DNA of 48,520 nucleotides from Candidatus Undinarchaeota archaeon (GTDB lineage Archaea; SpSt-1190): NCBI GenBank assembly GCA_964549355.1, contig CAZJUS010000002.1, positions 1-48,520 of the forward strand. Reading direction: 5' to 3'. Positions 41,168-48,520 of the stretch are shown here, piece by piece. A program made the position numbers and the translations under genes. The number at the start of each line of letters is the position of its first letter. Within the stretch, counting starts at the first letter, position 1. The notes under the pieces are model-generated. The model had not been told where the DNA came from. It ran no database searches and worked only from the letters and a program-made list of their open reading frames with translations.

Positions 41168-42968
41168 TAAACGTAATGCTCAACGGCCGGATAATCTGCC
41201 AAGTCACTCCCAAAGAAGGAGCTGCAATCGCCCAGAAACTCAGGGAGAGGAGGCGGAAGGGCAAGCTGGAACCTGAAGTTACTGTTGCCTTCATTCCTGA
41301 AAGGGATGAGCTGAGGGTTGACAGCGAAGCCGGCAGACTGCTCCGGCCCTTGATTGTGGTCAAGGACGGCAAGCCTCTTCTGACCAAGGAGGATTTGAAG
41401 GCTTTGGAAGATGGAAAGCTGACCTGGTCCAAGCTGATCAAGATGGGGAAGCTGGAATATCTGGACGGCGAAGAGGAGGAGAATGCCTTGATAGCTTTGA
41501 ATGAAAAAGAGCTCACCCCCAAACACACCCATATGGAGATCCACCCCATTATCCTGCTCGGCATCCCCGGCTCGCTCATTCCCTTTGCCAACTACTCGCG
41601 CGGTGACCGCGTGAATTACGGGACATCAAAAGGAGTCAAGCAGGGATTGGGCATCTATTCACTCAATTATCCTCTGCGCTTTGATACATTCACTAATGTT
41701 TTGTATGCACCGCAGATGCCAATTGTGAAGACCAAAATGCACGATGTGCTCGGCTTCCGGCACCACCCGGCAGGGCAGAATATGGTAGTCGCCATGATGC
41801 CCTGGGAGGGCTACAATATGGAGGATGCGGTGATAATGAACCAAGGCAGTCTGCAGAGGGCCATGGCCCGCAGCACCTACTTCAGGCCGTACAACACTTC
41901 CGAAAACCGGTACCCGGGCGGACAGGAAGACAGGATATGCATTCCTGAAAAAGACGTATCGGGCTATTCCTCTGAAGAAGACTACAGCAAGCTTGATGAG
42001 GACGGCTTGGTCTTCCCGGAGGCCTGGATGAACGGCGGAGAGGTCCTCGTCGGGCGCACTTCGCCCCCCCGCTTTCTGGGTTCAATGAGCACCTTCCGCA
42101 TGGGCGTTGAAGCCCGGAGGGATACGAGCTCCCGCGTAAGGCACGATGAGAAGGGATGGGTCGATACAGTCCTGGTAACTGAGAATGTTGAAGGCCGCAA
42201 GCTGGTCAGGGTCAGGATGCGCGAGGACCGCAGGACTGAGATCGGCGACAAGTTCAGTTCGCGCCACGGGCAGAAAGGGGTGGTCGGCCTCATACTCCGG
42301 CCTGAAGACATGCCGTTCACAGAAAGCGGTGTCGTCCCTGACATGATAACCAACCCCCACGGTATTCCGAGCCGTATGACTTTCAACCAGCTGATTGATT
42401 TCTTGGCTGGCAAAGCTTCAGCGGTTTCAGGCAGGATTTTTGACGGGACTCCTTTTGAAGGCGATCCTGTTGCGGAGGCAAAGAAAATCCTGCTGAGCAA
42501 AGGCTTCAAATCATCAGGCAACGAGGTCATGTATGACGGCGTCACGGGCAAAAAGCTGGAGGCTGAAATATTCACAGGCGTAATTTATTATCACAAGGTG
42601 CGACACATGGTGGCAAACAAGATTCATGTGCGCGCACGGGGGCCGGTGCAGATGCTCACGCGCCAGCCCACTGAGGGGCGGAGCAAGCAGGGAGGCCTCA
42701 GGATGGGGGAGATGGAAAAAGACTGCCTTGTCTCCCACGGGGCCAGCCTCCTGCTGGACGAGAGGTTCAGCTCGGACCGCACCAAAGTGCCCATCTGCAC
42801 CAAATGCGGTGTGGTTGCGGTGTACAATCAGGTGAAGGACAAAGCATTCTGCCCGCTGTGCGATGGGGAGAATATTGAATGGATTGAAATGTCTTACGCC
42901 TTCCATATAATGCTGCAGGAGCTCATCACCATGGGCATCTACCCGAAGATGGTGCTGAAGGACAAGGG

Positions 42969-42975
<7 letters not shown>
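41164..42975 (+). CDS. rpoB1: DNA-directed RNA polymerase subunit B' (C-terminal part of split RpoB)
   Basis: Contains GYNMEDAVIMN, KFSSRHGQKGV, MPDMITNPHGIPSRMT, GEMEKDCL and a C-terminal Zn ribbon. Confidence 0.97.
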
Positions 42976-46952
<3,977 letters not shown>

Positions 46953-46956
<4 letters not shown>

Positions 46957-47384
46957 AGCTGACTATCAACAATGAAACTTTTCGGTACCTTTCTGTTTTT
47001 GGCACCCTGACAGGAGTGAGCGCTGTTGATTGTTTCGAGAACGGAGACGAAGTTGTTTATGTTGTTGAGGCCGGAAAAATCGGCATTGCTGTTGGCAAAG
47101 GCGGAGTCAATATCAAAAAAGTCGAGAAGCTTTTGAAGAAAAAAGTAAGGCTTGTGGAGCATTCCCAGGATGCAGTGCGGTTCGTCCGCAATGTGCTGTT
47201 TCCTATGAAGCTCAAGAACGTTTATGTCTCCACTAAAAGCGACGGTTCGCAGGTGATCAATCTCCAGGTGGATGCACGCATGAAAAGAACGCTGATGAAA
47301 GAAAGCAAAAATCTTTATAATCTGCTCAATCAGCTTGTATCTCGGCACTTCCCCGATTTCAAAGTAGAGGTGAAGGAGCAATGA
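46953..47384 (+). CDS. nusA: Archaeal NusA-like KH-domain protein
   Basis: [21 protein letters not shown] is a KH GxxG loop. It occupies the canonical rpoA2-rpl30e-nusA-rps12 position. Confidence 0.88.
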
Positions 47385-47815
47385 AAAAAACACGCGGATA
47401 CTATGCAGCAAGAAAACTGCTCAAGAGGAGGAAGGAGCACCGCAAACTCCAGAAGACCTGGAGGCAGCGCGCCTACGGCACCAAGTGGATAAACGACCCC
47501 CTTGAGCGGTCGCCACAAGCCCGGGGCATAGTCCTGGAGAAAGTCGGCATTGAAGCCCGCCAGCCCCATTCAGGCATCCGCAAATGCGTCCGCGTCCAGC
47601 TCATGAAGAACGGCAAGCAGGTCACTGCTTTCGCCCCCCGCGACGGCGCCATAAATATGATTGAAGAGCATGATGAAGTCCTTATTGAAGGCATTGGGGG
47701 CCGCAAGGGAAGGTCGTTCGGCGACCTGCCGGGAGTCCGCTACAAAGTCATCCAGGTGAACGGGGTCTGCATGGAAATGATCCGGACCGGCCGGAAGGAA
47801 AGAAAGAGGAGATGA
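47381..47815 (+). CDS. rps12: 30S ribosomal protein uS12
   Basis: Contains [31 protein letters not shown] and [10 protein letters not shown]. Confidence 0.96.
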   Translation: MKKTRGYYAARKLLKRRKEHRKLQKTWRQRAYGTKWINDPLERSPQARGIVLEKVGIEARQPHSGIRKCVRVQLMKNGKQVTAFAPRDGAINMIEEHDEVLIEGIGGRKGRSFGDLPGVRYKVIQVNGVCMEMIRTGRKERKRR

Positions 47816-48456
47816 ATATGGCGCAGGAATCCCGCGACTCAACCGAAACGAATGAAATCCGGCTGTTCAGCAAGTGGTCTTTCAGCGGCATCAAAATCCG
47901 CGACCCCAGCCTGAAGGCATACATCAATCTGCGCCCCATCATCACCCCCCATACCGGAGGCAAATGGCAGAAGAAGATGTTCGGCAGGGGGAAGTACAAT
48001 ATTGTTGAGCTTTTTGTGAACAAGCTTATGGTGACCGGCCACAGCAAAGCCGGCAAAAAGCATGTATTCACAAGCGGGCGCAACACCGGCAAGAAAATGA
48101 TGGTTTTGTCGCATGTTGAAAGCGCCTTCAGCGCCATCGAGAAAAAAACACGCCAGAACCCAATTCAAATTCTCATCCGTGCGGTTGAGAATTCAGCACC
48201 CCGCATGGAAATCACAACGGTTGAATACGGCGGTATGCGGACGCCCGTTGCAGTCGATGCTTCGCCTCTCCGCAGACTCAGCTTGGCAATGTCTTTCCTG
48301 ACCAAAGGGGCAGCCAGGAAGGCCAACCTGAAGAAAACCACACTCACGCAGGCCATTGCACAGGAGCTTATTGCAGCGGCCAGCAACGATTCGTCCAACA
48401 GCTTTGCAGTGGACAGGAAGACCATGATGGAGAAGCAGGCCGAAGCCAGCCGGTGA
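47812..48456 (+). CDS. rps7: 30S ribosomal protein uS7
   Basis: Contains [23 protein letters not shown] and [17 protein letters not shown]. Confidence 0.95.
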   Translation: MNMAQESRDSTETNEIRLFSKWSFSGIKIRDPSLKAYINLRPIITPHTGGKWQKKMFGRGKYNIVELFVNKLMVTGHSKAGKKHVFTSGRNTGKKMMVLSHVESAFSAIEKKTRQNPIQILIRAVENSAPRMEITTVEYGGMRTPVAVDASPLRRLSLAMSFLTKGAARKANLKKTTLTQAIAQELIAAASNDSSNSFAVDRKTMMEKQAEASR

Positions 48457-48468
48457 TTAATCAGCCCC

Positions 48469-48520
48469 GGCCCGCCGGAGGCGGGCCACGTGGTGTCGCT
48501 TCGTTAAGCGACGGAGAAGC
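48469..48520. repeat. Double-hairpin element, copy B (12 nt after the rps7 stop, runs into the window edge)
   Basis: GGCCCGCC-GGA-GGCGGGCC ACGTGGT GTCGCTT-CGTT-AAGCGAC. It aligns with the reverse complement of 1-42 and shows a compensatory base-pair change. Confidence 0.5.

Overview
Densely coding archaeal chromosome segment. The evidence is split RNA polymerase B, TFB, TFS, Spt5, eL30/eL40, DtdA, RtcB and Nre, AT-rich TATA-like boxes about 25 nt upstream of many first genes (leaderless-type spacing), and ATGA/GTGA-coupled operons. I recognised no rRNA, CRISPR array, transposase or integrase, and only one tRNA (tRNA-Lys UUU, minus strand).

Conserved blocks:
- fkbp-ftsZ-secE-spt5-rpl11 (216-2992).
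- dtdA and rtcB.
- A MacB-type ABC transporter.
- A ThiS-like Ubl with a TtuA/NcsA-type thiolase.
- prs, a HAD hydrolase, nre, tfs and an AglH-like GT4.
- GT2, hps, tsr3, rpl40e and a UbiA-family gene.
- tfb with a SWIM-finger gene, then moaD-moaE.
- A 13-gene group-4 [NiFe]-hydrogenase / Mrp-like locus (29296-37512), with a convergent hycI-hypC fusion.
- rpoB2-rpoB1-rpoA1-rpoA2-rpl30e-nusA-rps12-rps7 (39563-48456).

Most unusual observations:
1. A covarying double-hairpin element sits at both window ends in inverted orientation. A 30-nt motif next to the left copy recurs upstream of tRNA-Lys.
2. A 1.3-kb block flanked by perfect 43-bp direct repeats lies between dtdA and rtcB. It carries a G9-frameshifted orphan gene and a decayed rtcB 5' fragment.
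3. Perfect or near-perfect 20-21-nt tandem duplications recur exactly at gene boundaries.
4. An operon encodes a large Endo-IV/xylose-isomerase-like TIM-barrel protein followed by two paralogous NTase-HEPN fusion proteins.
5. Three fusion or tail architectures stand out: CoA-binding + FTR-catalytic domain, HycI + HypC, and RpoB'' with a Lys/Ala/Pro tail.
6. A small accessory islet with a broken RelE-like toxin gene replaces the expected rpl1-rpl10-rpl12 genes after rpl11.

All functional calls rest on reading motifs in the supplied translations. No database search was run.
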